The notes under the pieces are model-generated. The model saw nothing but the letters and a program-made list of their open reading frames with translations, ran no database searches and was not told the origin of the DNA. A stretch of 64,000 nt of DNA from Obrimoposthia wandeli (Eukaryota), in assembly GCA_977020255.1 (NCBI GenBank), contig CDROCS010000253.1:4092001-4156000 (forward strand), in the 5' to 3' direction. Position numbers and translations under genes: made by a program. This document shows, piece by piece, positions 28,309 through 38,842 of the stretch. Position 1 is the stretch's first letter. Every line of letters begins with the position of its first letter.

Positions 28309-31300
28309 ATGTTTGCAAATTGGTTGCTGGTTAGCGTTAGTATTGGCTATATAGGTCTGTTGTTTCTTATTGCGCATTTAGGCGGAAAATATCGCAATAA
28401 ACTAAAAGCAAAACAACAAACGGTTATTTATGCTTTATCCTTAGGTGTCTATTGTACTTCTTGGGGGTTTTTAGGTACGACAGCACAAGCCGCTAATCAC
28501 TCTTTTACTTTCTTCTCTGTTTATTTAGCGCCAATTCTACTTTTTATTTTTGCTTGGCCCTTTATTCAAAGAATTATAAAAACCAGTTTGCAGCTTAAAA
28601 TCACTTCGATTGCCGACTTGTTATCAGCACGCTTTGGTAAATCGCAAACCTTAGCGATTATTATTACCTTAGTCGCCTTAATAGGCACCATGCCCTATAT
28701 CGCATTACAGCTAAAAGCGATTGTTAATTCTTATCAAATATTACAAGAAACTCAAGACCTACCCATTTGGCAAATAGGTTTAGTGGTTAGCATTATCCTC
28801 GCTGTTTTCACTATTATTTTTGGTATTCGTACCATAGACATCTCTGAGCGGCATCCTGGGGTAATGATAGCGATAGCTTTTGAATCGCTGGTGAAATTAA
28901 TTGCTTTTATTTTAGTTGGTCTATTCGTCTGTTTTATTATTTATGACTCACCTATGGATATTTGGGCGTTATCTAAAGATCAGTTTGATATTAATAAACA
29001 GTTTGAATTTAATAATCTTTTTAGTTTATTCGGCATGCTAATTATCGTTATGTCTGCTTTTTTATGTTTACCAAGACAATTCCAAGTGATGTTTGTTGAA
29101 ATAAAAGATAAAAAATCAAGCGGTATGGCAAGGTGGCTTTTACCCGTTTATTTACTTATTTTTGGCTTTTTTGCCGCTTTTCTCGGTTTAGCTGGTAATT
29201 TAAATTATGGTGATTCATTAGCTGCCGACGCTTATGTACTTTTCTTACCTGCTTTGAACGGCCAAGTATGGTTATCATTATTTGCCTTTTTAGGGGCGGT
29301 ATCTGCAGCAAGCTCGATGGTTATTGTGTCGACTATTGCACTGAGTACTATGCTCAGCAATGAGATTGTTTTCCCGGTGATGTTTAATTTTTCTCGCCAG
29401 AAGCACCAAGACTTTAAGCACTTTCAATTGCAATTATTGTTTATCCGTAAAACATTAGTTTTACTGGTTATTTTTCTAAGTTACGGCTTATTATTGTTAT
29501 CACCACCAGATACCTTATCTTCATTAGGTGAAGTCGCTTTTGGCGCAATGGCGCAAATAGGTCCGGCTTTATTCGCTGCCTTTTATTGGCGTAAAGCAAC
29601 CCTTGCCGGTGTACTTGCTGGCATAAGTAGTGGCTTTATTATTTGGGTTTTCTTTAATTTAATACCGCAGTTAGGCATATATGCTCATCCCTTTGAAAAC
29701 ACAGATTTACCTAAAACGACGGTAATAACCCTGATTGGTTTGCTCATTAATATTATCGCGCTTTGGCTTGTTTCTTTAGTTACCAGACAAAGTATTCGTG
29801 AACAAATGCAAAGTGAATTTTTTTATAAAGACAGAAAAAAAATCCAGTGGAGTTTACCTACGCAACCCAAAGTAGATATTGTCGAGTTAGAGTTTTTAGT
29901 AGCGAGATTCATAGGTAAAGAAAAAGCAACCCAGTGCTTTGAAAAGTTTCATTCAATGAATCAAAGTAAAAACAACAAAAAATTTAATGAAGCGATATTA
30001 TTCCATGCAGAAAATACCCTTGCCCGTGTTTTAGGCTCTGCTTCGGCAAAGTTGGTTACGTCTTTGGCGATTAGTAGTCGAGGCATGGCCTTTGATCAAG
30101 TCGCTAAATTAGTGGAAGATAATTCCACTCAGCAATTAGAGTTTAGCCGCACGGTATTACAAAGTGCTATTGAAAATGTGAGTGAAGGTATTTCGGTTAT
30201 TGATAGTGAGCTAAAGTTGGTTGCTTGGAATAAGCAATACTTAGATATTTTTAGCTATCCTGAAGCATTCGTTTATATTGGTCGCCCTATCAGTGAGTTA
30301 ATACATTTCAATTTAAGTCAACAAGGTTATTTTGCTAGAGATATTGATTTACGCGTTAAAAAGCGTATTCAGTATCTTATGGAAGGTAGTCGCCATAACT
30401 CTGAATATAAGCTAAAGAATGGTAAAAATATTCGTATAGAAGGCAGCCCTATCCCCGGCGGCGGCTTTGTGATGATATTCTCTGATATTACTCAATATCG
30501 TCATACAGAAGAGGTATTGAAAGAAGAAAATACCGATCTCGAATCAAGGGTACAGTTTCGCACTGCCGAGCTTGAACAAGCTAACAATGAGTTGGCACTT
30601 GCTAACCTTGAACTAATACAAGCACAAGCCAAAGCAGAACAAGCACACGTAAAGAAAAGTCAGTATTTAAAAGCGTGTAGCCATGATTTATTACAACCGC
30701 TATCAGCCGCACGATTATTTTCTTCTGCGGTTTCTTTAAGTCCAAGAGTAACCAATGATGAACGAGAACAAATAAAAAAAATAGATAACTCTTTAGAAAT
30801 AGCGAATAGTTTGTTGCTTGATCTCAATGAAATAGCACGTATTGAAAGTGGTAATATCACACCAACTATTGAGCCAATTGAAATTAAAGAACTTTTCACT
30901 ATGTTAGCCAATGAATTTAATGCCTTAACAGATGAATATCAAATAGACTTTCACTGTAAAATGAGCAAAGTTTACGTGGCGAGTGACATCACTTTACTGG
31001 CAAGAATTGTACAAAATTTTCTGAGTAATGCCTTTCGTTATGCCCATAAAGGTGACAAAAATAGCCAGAGTAAAGTCTTATTAGGTTGTCGAAGACAAGG
31101 TGATGAAATATCTATTCAAGTTTTTGACAACGGCCCTGGCATTCCAACAGACAAACAGCAGCAAGTTTTTGAGCAGTTTACCCAATTAAACAATAGTAAT
31201 GTTATGGGCCCTAAAGGGCTGGGGTTAGGATTAAATATTGCCCAAAGTTTGGCAAATATTCTTGACCATACCATTAATTTAAAATCGAAATCGGGTCATG

Positions 31301-31863
31301 GTTGCTTATTCAGTGTCAATGCCCCGATAACTCAAGCACCGATAATAAAGGAGCACTTTTTACCTCCGGCGAGTATGAGCTTACATGGTGTTGGCGTATT
31401 GTGCATAGACAATGAACCCACCATACTTGATGGTATGTCTAAATTATTAAGTGCGTGGCAGTGTCAGGTTTTTACCGCTGTTGACGCTCAGCAAGCCAGA
31501 GAGCTTTATGCAAAACACGAAGATGAGATTGATATTTTACTGGTCGATTATCAACTAGACGGTTGCCAAGACGATAACATTATTATGGCCCCTGATATGT
31601 TGATCAATAAGAGAAATAACCGTTCATATTCAATGGATGCGGTAAATGGTATAGCACTTATTAAGCAATTAAGATCAATGAGCCAATATGCTCTACCTGC
31701 CATTCTTATTACTGCTACAACAGATGAAAACCTGATGACATTAACTAAACAGCACAATATTGGCTATCTACGAAAAATAATCAAACCGCTGGCGTTACGT
31801 GCTTTGATGAGCTCATTACTCACTGAAGAACTCGCCAAGAATTACTCTCAAAGTACGTTATAG
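28309..31863 (+). CDS. crbS: CrbS/CbrA-type hybrid sensor kinase (Na+/solute symporter-like TM domain, PAS, HisKA, HATPase, REC)
   Basis: N-terminal YALSLGVYCTSW SLC5-like domain, PAS (LVAWNKQY), H-box SHDLLQPL, GLGLGL, C-terminal receiver. Confidence 0.88.
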   Translation: MFANWLLVSVSIGYIGLLFLIAHLGGKYRNKLKAKQQTVIYALSLGVYCTSWGFLGTTAQAANHSFTFFSVYLAPILLFIFAWPFIQRIIKTSLQLKITSIADLLSARFGKSQTLAIIITLVALIGTMPYIALQLKAIVNSYQILQETQDLPIWQIGLVVSIILAVFTIIFGIRTIDISERHPGVMIAIAFESLVKLIAFILVGLFVCFIIYDSPMDIWALSKDQFDINKQFEFNNLFSLFGMLIIVMSAFLCLPRQFQVMFVEIKDKKSSGMARWLLPVYLLIFGFFAAFLGLAGNLNYGDSLAADAYVLFLPALNGQVWLSLFAFLGAVSAASSMVIVSTIALSTMLSNEIVFPVMFNFSRQKHQDFKHFQLQLLFIRKTLVLLVIFLSYGLLLLSPPDTLSSLGEVAFGAMAQIGPALFAAFYWRKATLAGVLAGISSGFIIWVFFNLIPQLGIYAHPFENTDLPKTTVITLIGLLINIIALWLVSLVTRQSIREQMQSEFFYKDRKKIQWSLPTQPKVDIVELEFLVARFIGKEKATQCFEKFHSMNQSKNNKKFNEAILFHAENTLARVLGSASAKLVTSLAISSRGMAFDQVAKLVEDNSTQQLEFSRTVLQSAIENVSEGISVIDSELKLVAWNKQYLDIFSYPEAFVYIGRPISELIHFNLSQQGYFARDIDLRVKKRIQYLMEGSRHNSEYKLKNGKNIRIEGSPIPGGGFVMIFSDITQYRHTEEVLKEENTDLESRVQFRTAELEQANNELALANLELIQAQAKAEQAHVKKSQYLKACSHDLLQPLSAARLFSSAVSLSPRVTNDEREQIKKIDNSLEIANSLLLDLNEIARIESGNITPTIEPIEIKELFTMLANEFNALTDEYQIDFHCKMSKVYVASDITLLARIVQNFLSNAFRYAHKGDKNSQSKVLLGCRRQGDEISIQVFDNGPGIPTDKQQQVFEQFTQLNNSNVMGPKGLGLGLNIAQSLANILDHTINLKSKSGHGCLFSVNAPITQAPIIKEHFLPPASMSLHGVGVLCIDNEPTILDGMSKLLSAWQCQVFTAVDAQQARELYAKHEDEIDILLVDYQLDGCQDDNIIMAPDMLINKRNNRSYSMDAVNGIALIKQLRSMSQYALPAILITATTDENLMTLTKQHNIGYLRKIIKPLALRALMSSLLTEELAKNYSQSTL

Positions 31864-31884
31864 ATGATTAATTGTTATAGATGG

Positions 31885-32535
31885 TTACTGGCCAAAAGTA
31901 CTTTGATGTAATTGTAATTCATTTAAAGCGATCACCGCTTGAGTGCGATTTCGTACGCCCAACTTTAAAAAAATAATACTCGCATGACTCTTGATAGTAG
32001 ATTCTGATGTACCGAGTTGAGCAGCTATCTGCTTGTTCAGTAAACCATCAGCAAACATTAATAAAATCTCATGTTGCTTAGGGGTTAAAGACGCTATTTT
32101 ATCATCAGTGCTAGCCGTTTTTTCACTCGGGTTAAACTCACCATCAGGTGTCCATAATGTACCATTAAGTACTTCTTTTATCGCGACAACCATTTTAGGT
32201 ACCGGCGTTGATTTAGGAATAAAACCAGCGGCGCCAAAACTCATGGCTTTATGAATAGTTTCTTTATCTTCAAAGCCAGAAATAATTACAATACCTAAGT
32301 CAGGATAGCTACGTCTAATACTAATCAAACTGTTAAAACCATGCGCCCCAGGTATATCAAGATCAAGCAAGAGTAAATCTGCTTTTTCTTTGTTTTGTAA
32401 GTGCAGTTCAAGCTCAGGAATATTTTGTGCGTCAATAATTAAAGCACCATTAAAGTGGGATTTTAAGGTGATAGTTAACGCTTGGCGAAATAGAGGATGA
32501 TCATCTGCCAGTATTATTTTCATGTTATCGAACAT
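31885..32535 (-). CDS. crbR: LuxR/NarL-family response regulator (CrbR-like)
   Basis: ADDHPLFR, LLDLDIPG, LTPKQ...GLLNKQIA HTH; convergent with crbS as is usual for this pair. Confidence 0.85.
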   Translation of the reverse strand: MFDNMKIILADDHPLFRQALTITLKSHFNGALIIDAQNIPELELHLQNKEKADLLLLDLDIPGAHGFNSLISIRRSYPDLGIVIISGFEDKETIHKAMSFGAAGFIPKSTPVPKMVVAIKEVLNGTLWTPDGEFNPSEKTASTDDKIASLTPKQHEILLMFADGLLNKQIAAQLGTSESTIKSHASIIFLKLGVRNRTQAVIALNELQLHQSTFGQ

Positions 32536-32695
32536 AATTAAACTCAGACCTTAGCCGACTATGATTATTATAATATCGACTTTTTTTAGTAAGTGAAAAC
32601 TTTCCATGTAACAAACACAATAACAAAGTCTGTATAAAGCTGCTAGCGAGTTTTTGAATTTATCTCCGCTGTATTTAGCTATATTTAATGAAGCG

Positions 32696-33613
32696 TTATT
32701 CTTTTGGGTTTAACAAATCAGCATGTTCTAGTACCAATTGTTTTAAGTATTGCCAAACGGTATTTACATGTGACAAACGTTTACTCTCGGGATGAGTAAC
32801 CAACCAGAAGCTCCTACTGATACTAATTTCTTGGCTATGAAGCTTAATGAGGTTTTTGTCTTGCTCGGCCAAAAAACAGGGTAAAATACCAATACCTAAA
32901 CCACTTTTAATGGCAAAATATTGGCTGATAATACTGGTACTACTAAAGCTTGCCTTTAACTCGCCCGCTAAGTAACGGTCTAACTCTTTTATATAGGATA
33001 GCTGATCGGTAAAGATTAAATTATCCACGTAGGTGACCCATTTATGTTCGGCCAAATGATCAAGCGCTATGCCCTGCGGATATTGCTCTAAGTTCTTATC
33101 TAAGTAATCCTGATGTACGTAAAGTTGTAATTTATAATCACACAGTTTTGACACTATCATCGAGGTGCTTTTGGGCCGCTCTACCGCAATAGCGATATCC
33201 GCTTCATTTCTGCTAATTTTGACATAACGTGAGAAGAGTAATAAATGTACGTCAATGTTGGGGTGTCGCTGTTGTAATGTCAGCAAGTTAGGTGAAACAA
33301 AAAAATTACCTAATGCTTCGGTAACGCCAATGCGTACTAGGCCACAATTTTCTTCATTGTTATTATGTATGTTAGATAACGCATGTTGCGCATCTTGCTC
33401 CATTTTACAGGCTGAACTAAGCAACATTTCACCATCAGGCGTTAATACATGCCCCTCTTGCGTACGGTCAAATAGCTTAGTGCCTATGCTCTCTTCTAAC
33501 TTATGTAAACGCCTAGACACAGTAGATGCATCCATAGTTAAGCGTTTAGCCGCTGTTGATAGTCGCTCAGCACGAGCAACTTCAAGAAATACTTTAATAT
33601 CATCCCAATTCAT
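32696..33613 (-). CDS. LysR-family regulator divergent from mmsAB (MmsR-like)
   Basis: MNWDDIKVFLEVAR...STVSRR HTH. Confidence 0.92.
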   Translation of the reverse strand: MNWDDIKVFLEVARAERLSTAAKRLTMDASTVSRRLHKLEESIGTKLFDRTQEGHVLTPDGEMLLSSACKMEQDAQHALSNIHNNNEENCGLVRIGVTEALGNFFVSPNLLTLQQRHPNIDVHLLLFSRYVKISRNEADIAIAVERPKSTSMIVSKLCDYKLQLYVHQDYLDKNLEQYPQGIALDHLAEHKWVTYVDNLIFTDQLSYIKELDRYLAGELKASFSSTSIISQYFAIKSGLGIGILPCFLAEQDKNLIKLHSQEISISRSFWLVTHPESKRLSHVNTVWQYLKQLVLEHADLLNPKE

Positions 33614-33756
33614 CTAGTTAGTCTACTCTTTCCAGAACGCTATTGCAAAAACGCAAAGCGCATTGCATTTATGTTTATTGTGACAACATAAAGAAAAGCC
33701 TATCTTGCTTATATCGATTTAAATAATTTTAATGTTTTTAATAAATAGAGGTTGCT

Positions 33757-35259
33757 ATGAGTATTACTGAAGTTCCACTAATCATTAATGGTAAAAAAGT
33801 TCGTTCTCAAACTACAGAATGGTTGGATGTTTTAAATCCTGCCACTCAAGAAGTTGTTGCTCGTGTACCCGTTGCAACGCCTGAAGAAGTTGAATTAGCT
33901 GTTCAGAGTGCACACACTGCATACAAGTCTTGGTCTAGAACCTCTTTAACTAATCGCATGCGTATAATGGTAAATTTTGCACATTTGGTGCGTGAAAACA
34001 CTCAAGAGCTTGCTGAGTTAGTAACACTGGAACATGGTAAAACATTACCTGATGCTGAAGGTGAAGTAGGTAGAGCCTTAGAAGCCATTGAAAATGCTTG
34101 TTCAGTAACTCGCTTACAAATGGGTGATATGGGTAATAATGTTGCTACTGGTGTAGACACTTATACCTTGCATAAGCCACTTGGCGTAGGCTTAGGTATT
34201 ACCGCTTTTAATTTCCCATTAATGCTAGCAGCCTTTATGTTTCCGCCTGCCATTGCTTGTGGTAATACTTTTGTACTTAAACCTTCAGAGCAAGCCCCTT
34301 CATCAACAGTACGTTTTGTCGAACTTGCTATTGAAGCAGGTTTACCAGCAGGCGTTATCAATGTTGTTCACGGCGGTCCTGATGCAGTTAATGCGTTAAT
34401 TGAACATGAACACGTGAAAGCAGTATCGTTTATTGGCTCAACTCATGTTGGTACGCATATATATAATCATGCGAGCAAACACGGAAAACGAGCACAATCT
34501 ATGATGGGCGCTAAAAACCATATGGTTATTATGCCTGATGCAAATAAAGACAGAGCCATTAATGATTTATTGGGTTCAGCTTTTGGTGCAGCGGGTCAGC
34601 GTTGTATGGCTAACCCTGTTACTATTTTAGTAGGTAAAGCGCGTGACTGGTTACCTGAAATAGTTGAACGAGCGAAGTTAATGAAAGTAGGTCCTGGCTC
34701 TCAGCGTGATGCTGACTTAGGCCCTGTAGTATCACCTCAAGCCAAAAAACGTATTATCAGCTTACTTGATAGTGGTGTTGAGCAAGGTGCTACCATGTTA
34801 ATTGATGGCAGAGACTGTCAAGTTGAAGGTTATCCAAAGGGTAACTTTGTTGGTCCAACGTTATTTACCAATGTTACTACTGACATGGATATTTATACGC
34901 AAGAGATCTTTGGCCCTGCATTATGTGTGTTAGAAGCAGAAACATTAGAACAAGCCATTGAAATTATTAATGCTAATCCTAATGGCAATGGTACGTCTCT
35001 TTTCACCTCTTCAGGTTGGAATGCACGATTATTTGAAAACGAAATTGATGTTGGCCAAGTAGGTATTAACGTTCCTATTCCGGTGCCTGTAGCTTTCTTT
35101 AGCTTTACCGGTTCAAGAGCTTCGAAATTGGGTGACTTAGGACCAAACGGTAAACAAACCGTTAGTTTTTGGACACAAACGAAGTCAGTAACAACGCGTT
35201 GGTTTGAACCAGATCATGAAGATGGTTTGAATGTTCACACCACCATTAGCATGAAATAA
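33757..35259 (+). CDS. mmsA: CoA-acylating methylmalonate-semialdehyde dehydrogenase
   Basis: [47 protein letters not shown]. Confidence 0.96.
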   Translation: MSITEVPLIINGKKVRSQTTEWLDVLNPATQEVVARVPVATPEEVELAVQSAHTAYKSWSRTSLTNRMRIMVNFAHLVRENTQELAELVTLEHGKTLPDAEGEVGRALEAIENACSVTRLQMGDMGNNVATGVDTYTLHKPLGVGLGITAFNFPLMLAAFMFPPAIACGNTFVLKPSEQAPSSTVRFVELAIEAGLPAGVINVVHGGPDAVNALIEHEHVKAVSFIGSTHVGTHIYNHASKHGKRAQSMMGAKNHMVIMPDANKDRAINDLLGSAFGAAGQRCMANPVTILVGKARDWLPEIVERAKLMKVGPGSQRDADLGPVVSPQAKKRIISLLDSGVEQGATMLIDGRDCQVEGYPKGNFVGPTLFTNVTTDMDIYTQEIFGPALCVLEAETLEQAIEIINANPNGNGTSLFTSSGWNARLFENEIDVGQVGINVPIPVPVAFFSFTGSRASKLGDLGPNGKQTVSFWTQTKSVTTRWFEPDHEDGLNVHTTISMK

Positions 35260-35271
35260 CAGGAGAACATC

Positions 35272-36162
35272 ATGGCGAATATTGCGTTTATAGGTTTAGG
35301 AAATATGGGTGGCCCAATGGCCATCAACTTAGTTAAAGCCGGACATCAGGTTTGTGTTTTTGATTTATCAGAGCAAGCTGTTGCTAACGTGGTAGAACAC
35401 GGTGCAACAACAAAATCACAAGCCAGTGACTGCGTTAAAGATGCACAATATATCATTTCAATGCTACCTGCTGGCAAACATGTCGAGTCAGTCTATTTGT
35501 CAGAAAATGGTTTAATAAATCATATAGCCAAAGGCGCTTTAGTCATTGACTCATCGACCATTGATTCTGCTACGTCAATTAAAGTTGCGACCACATTATT
35601 AGAAAAAGGTATTAATTTTATTGATGCTCCTGTATCTGGCGGTGTTGGCGGCGCAGTTGCGGGTACTTTAAGCTTTATGGTTGGTGGTACTGAAGCTGAT
35701 TTTAATCAGGCTAAGCCCGTGTTAGATAAGATGGGAAAAAATGTTTTCCATGCTGGTAACCACGGCGCTGGTCAGGTGGCTAAAGCCTGTAATAACATGT
35801 TGTTATCCGTATTAATGTTAGCAACATCAGAAGCATTACAATTGGGTATAAGCAATGGTTTAGATCCATCGGTATTATCAAATATTATCAGTAAAAGTTC
35901 AGGCAGTAACTGGACACTTGATGTCTATAACCCTTGTCCTGGTGTGATGGAAAACGTACCATCATCTAATGATTATCAAGGTGGTTTTATGGTTGATTTG
36001 ATGGCCAAAGATTTAGGCTTGGCGATGGACACTGCAGTAAAAAGTCACTCATCAACACCTATGGGTGCGTTGGCGCGCAGTTTATATGCCATGCACGCTG
36101 CAAACGGTAATGGTGCTAAAGATTTTTCAAGTGCTTTTAATCTTTTCAATCAAGTAAAGTAA
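35272..36162 (+). CDS. mmsB: 3-hydroxyisobutyrate dehydrogenase
   Basis: FIGLGNMGGPMA, DAPVSGG, KACNNM, YNPCPGV, GFMVDLMAKDL. Confidence 0.96.
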   Translation: MANIAFIGLGNMGGPMAINLVKAGHQVCVFDLSEQAVANVVEHGATTKSQASDCVKDAQYIISMLPAGKHVESVYLSENGLINHIAKGALVIDSSTIDSATSIKVATTLLEKGINFIDAPVSGGVGGAVAGTLSFMVGGTEADFNQAKPVLDKMGKNVFHAGNHGAGQVAKACNNMLLSVLMLATSEALQLGISNGLDPSVLSNIISKSSGSNWTLDVYNPCPGVMENVPSSNDYQGGFMVDLMAKDLGLAMDTAVKSHSSTPMGALARSLYAMHAANGNGAKDFSSAFNLFNQVK

Positions 36163-36222
36163 TACCTGTTTCATTAATTTATTCTTTTGGGAATAATTAA
36201 TTTTGCTATTACAAACAACTCA

Positions 36223-36252
36223 AAGGCCGATATATTATGTATCGGCTTTTTT
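36223..36252 (+). terminator. Terminator after mmsB
   Basis: AAGGCCGATA-TATTATG-TATCGGCTTTTTT hairpin with T-run. Confidence 0.65.
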
Positions 36253-36437
36253 AGTTAATGTCAGCAGTTTACTCCTATCCCACCTTCCCTATTATGTATC
36301 TCCACGTTATTACCTGAGAGGCAATAGCTCAACTCATCAGTTCAACTTAATCATTAATGCTTAATTAGGACAGCTAAAACTAAGGCTGCTAGTCCCACTT
36401 ATATCGTTACCAACATAAATAAAACAATAAAATATTT

Positions 36438-36460
36438 GCAAATAACAATCGTTATCATTA
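36438..36460. promoter_or_regulatory. Candidate Fur box
   Basis: GCAAATAACAATCGTTATCATTA (reverse strand TAATGATAACGATTGTTATTTGC) resembles the GATAATGATAATCATTATC consensus, about 50 bp upstream of a TonB receptor. Confidence 0.65.
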
Positions 36461-36509
36461 GTATCCGCATTCTTTTATAGTTACCCATTTAAACATAACG
36501 AATAAAAAC

Positions 36510-38714
36510 ATGACAAAAAATAAAATATTAAACATGAAAAAAGTGTCTTTAGGCACTGTACTTATCTCATCACTTGTTAGCCAAGTATCAGCGCAAGAGA
36601 TAAATGCTGACAATAGTTATGAGTCAGACACCATAGAACATATTGAAGTTTCTGGTAGACCTATGAGTGATATTGACAGACCTGCCACCGCAGCAACTAA
36701 AATGGATGTATCTATCAAAGATACTGGCCGTTCTATGATGCAACTTGATGCCAATGACTTGAAAATTCGTGCCATACAAGATGTCAGAGAAGCATTTAAT
36801 TATGTTGCAGGTTTTAGAGCAAATGGTCCTGCAGATCGTACTTACATAGCACGTGGTTTCTCAACAAGCATAGACAATGTAATGGTTGATGGTTTACGTT
36901 CATTACAAGGTGGTGAAGGTGGAACTGGCTCTAAATTACCAAGTACCTTTAATGCAGAAAACACTACCTTCCTTCGTGGCCCAGAAGCGATTCTTTACGG
37001 TGCTGGTGTTGCTGGTGGTTTAATTAATATTACCAGTAAAAAACCCCAAACAACGGCTAAAACAACCATAGGACTTAATAATCGTAGCTACGTATCAAGC
37101 GATACAGGTAATTTTAAACGAAACAATACCAGCTTTAACCTAGACAGTACTGGCCCAATAACTGACGAAAGTATGCTATATCGTATTTTAGCGCAATATA
37201 CGCCTTCAGGTGATCACTTTCAAGATGGCCGAGAAATTGAAGAACTGTTACTCGATGCGGCCTTAAGCTTCGACATTGGTGAAAACACTACCATATTACC
37301 GCGTTTTGAAAGAACCGATCGTAAACGCACTGGTGGTAGTGGTTATGCTGATGGTGTATTTGAATCAAACTTTGCAACAGGTAAAGTTACCACGTATGGC
37401 AAACCCATTAATCGTGGTAAGTATTACGGTAGCCCAATAGATGTAGGTGAAAATAAATCAACCAGTACTAGCGTACTTATCAAACATCAGTTAACTGATG
37501 ATTGGAAACTTGCAGCAAACGTACGCCATAACGAAACCACGTCTAACGCATTAGATTTATATATTTCTGATTCATCGGCATTAGAGAATGAAGTAGGTAA
37601 AGATACAGTAAACCGTAAATGGGTTTACTCCGCTGGCGATGACAGCTATAACTTATTTGATATTACCCTTGAAGGTAAAGTCGCAACAGGTAGCATTGAT
37701 CATCACCTACTTGCTGGTTATAACTATCGAGATATGGATATAAAGTTTGCCCGTAGTTTTCAAGATAGCGCAGATGCGGTTGGAAAAAATCCAATTTCAG
37801 CCTCAAATCCAGACAAGCAAGTAACTGGTCCTATTCCTAATGGCTTGGTCGATAGCCCTTACAAACCTCGCACTCAAACCGATACTAATATTTACCTAAA
37901 AGACCGTATTAGTTTAGCTAATACTACCGTAGCTGTTGGTCTTGCTTATGTTAAACAAGATCAGGAAGAGTTAAGTAGTGGTGAAACAATCGCTTCCACC
38001 TTTGACGAAACACTTTGGGATTTAGGCATAGTACAAAAAATTAATGACGATATTAATGTCTTTGCTACTTATAGCCGCGCCTATGAACCAATTAAAGGTC
38101 GCTATATTGTTGAATACGGCCATGGAAAAACAGACTATAAACCTATTGAAGGCAATAACTACGAGTTAGGTATTAAAGGTGATTTACTCAATCACAATTT
38201 AACCGCTGCCTTAACACTATTCGCTTTAGACCGTACTAACAGTACCAAATGGGAAAGAGGCGAAGATGGATGGATATTAACGCAACTTTCGGGCAAAAGC
38301 TTTGAGTCAAAAGGGGTTGAAGTAGACGCAGCAATGTACTTTACGCCAAAATTCAATAGCAGTGTAAGTTACGCCTTTACTGACGCGCATGACACCATAG
38401 GTGACGATAAAGGTGTACAAGCAAACAACACACCAAAACATGCAATATCTTTGTGGAACAACTACATGTTTGATGAAAATGTCAGCTTTTCTTTAGGTCT
38501 GCGTTATGAATCTGAACGTAATGATAGTGACTATAAAATGAAAGGCTATATTGAAGCCGATGTCGGTGCATATTACAAAACAGACGATTGGGATGCTGGC
38601 TTGGTAATTAATAACATATTTGATAAAAACAGAGTAGAAGCAGGCGCTAACTGGGTTACAGTACAGCCCAATACACCGAGAGCTGTGAACGTGTCATTTA
38701 ACTATCACTTTTAA
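36510..38714 (+). CDS. TonB-dependent siderophore receptor
   Basis: Signal peptide, TonB box-like EHIEVSG, plug motif RGPEAILYG, C-terminal PRAVNVSFNYHF. Confidence 0.93.
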   Translation: MTKNKILNMKKVSLGTVLISSLVSQVSAQEINADNSYESDTIEHIEVSGRPMSDIDRPATAATKMDVSIKDTGRSMMQLDANDLKIRAIQDVREAFNYVAGFRANGPADRTYIARGFSTSIDNVMVDGLRSLQGGEGGTGSKLPSTFNAENTTFLRGPEAILYGAGVAGGLINITSKKPQTTAKTTIGLNNRSYVSSDTGNFKRNNTSFNLDSTGPITDESMLYRILAQYTPSGDHFQDGREIEELLLDAALSFDIGENTTILPRFERTDRKRTGGSGYADGVFESNFATGKVTTYGKPINRGKYYGSPIDVGENKSTSTSVLIKHQLTDDWKLAANVRHNETTSNALDLYISDSSALENEVGKDTVNRKWVYSAGDDSYNLFDITLEGKVATGSIDHHLLAGYNYRDMDIKFARSFQDSADAVGKNPISASNPDKQVTGPIPNGLVDSPYKPRTQTDTNIYLKDRISLANTTVAVGLAYVKQDQEELSSGETIASTFDETLWDLGIVQKINDDINVFATYSRAYEPIKGRYIVEYGHGKTDYKPIEGNNYELGIKGDLLNHNLTAALTLFALDRTNSTKWERGEDGWILTQLSGKSFESKGVEVDAAMYFTPKFNSSVSYAFTDAHDTIGDDKGVQANNTPKHAISLWNNYMFDENVSFSLGLRYESERNDSDYKMKGYIEADVGAYYKTDDWDAGLVINNIFDKNRVEAGANWVTVQPNTPRAVNVSFNYHF

Positions 38715-38842
38715 TGAGCACTTTTAACTGTTATTTCTAACGAGCAGTTCTAGTTATCACTGCTCGTTATTATTTAAAACACAACTAGGTAAACACTCTC
38801 CCTTATAGCAGGCATCTGTTTACGGGAGAGTTCACAAAAACC

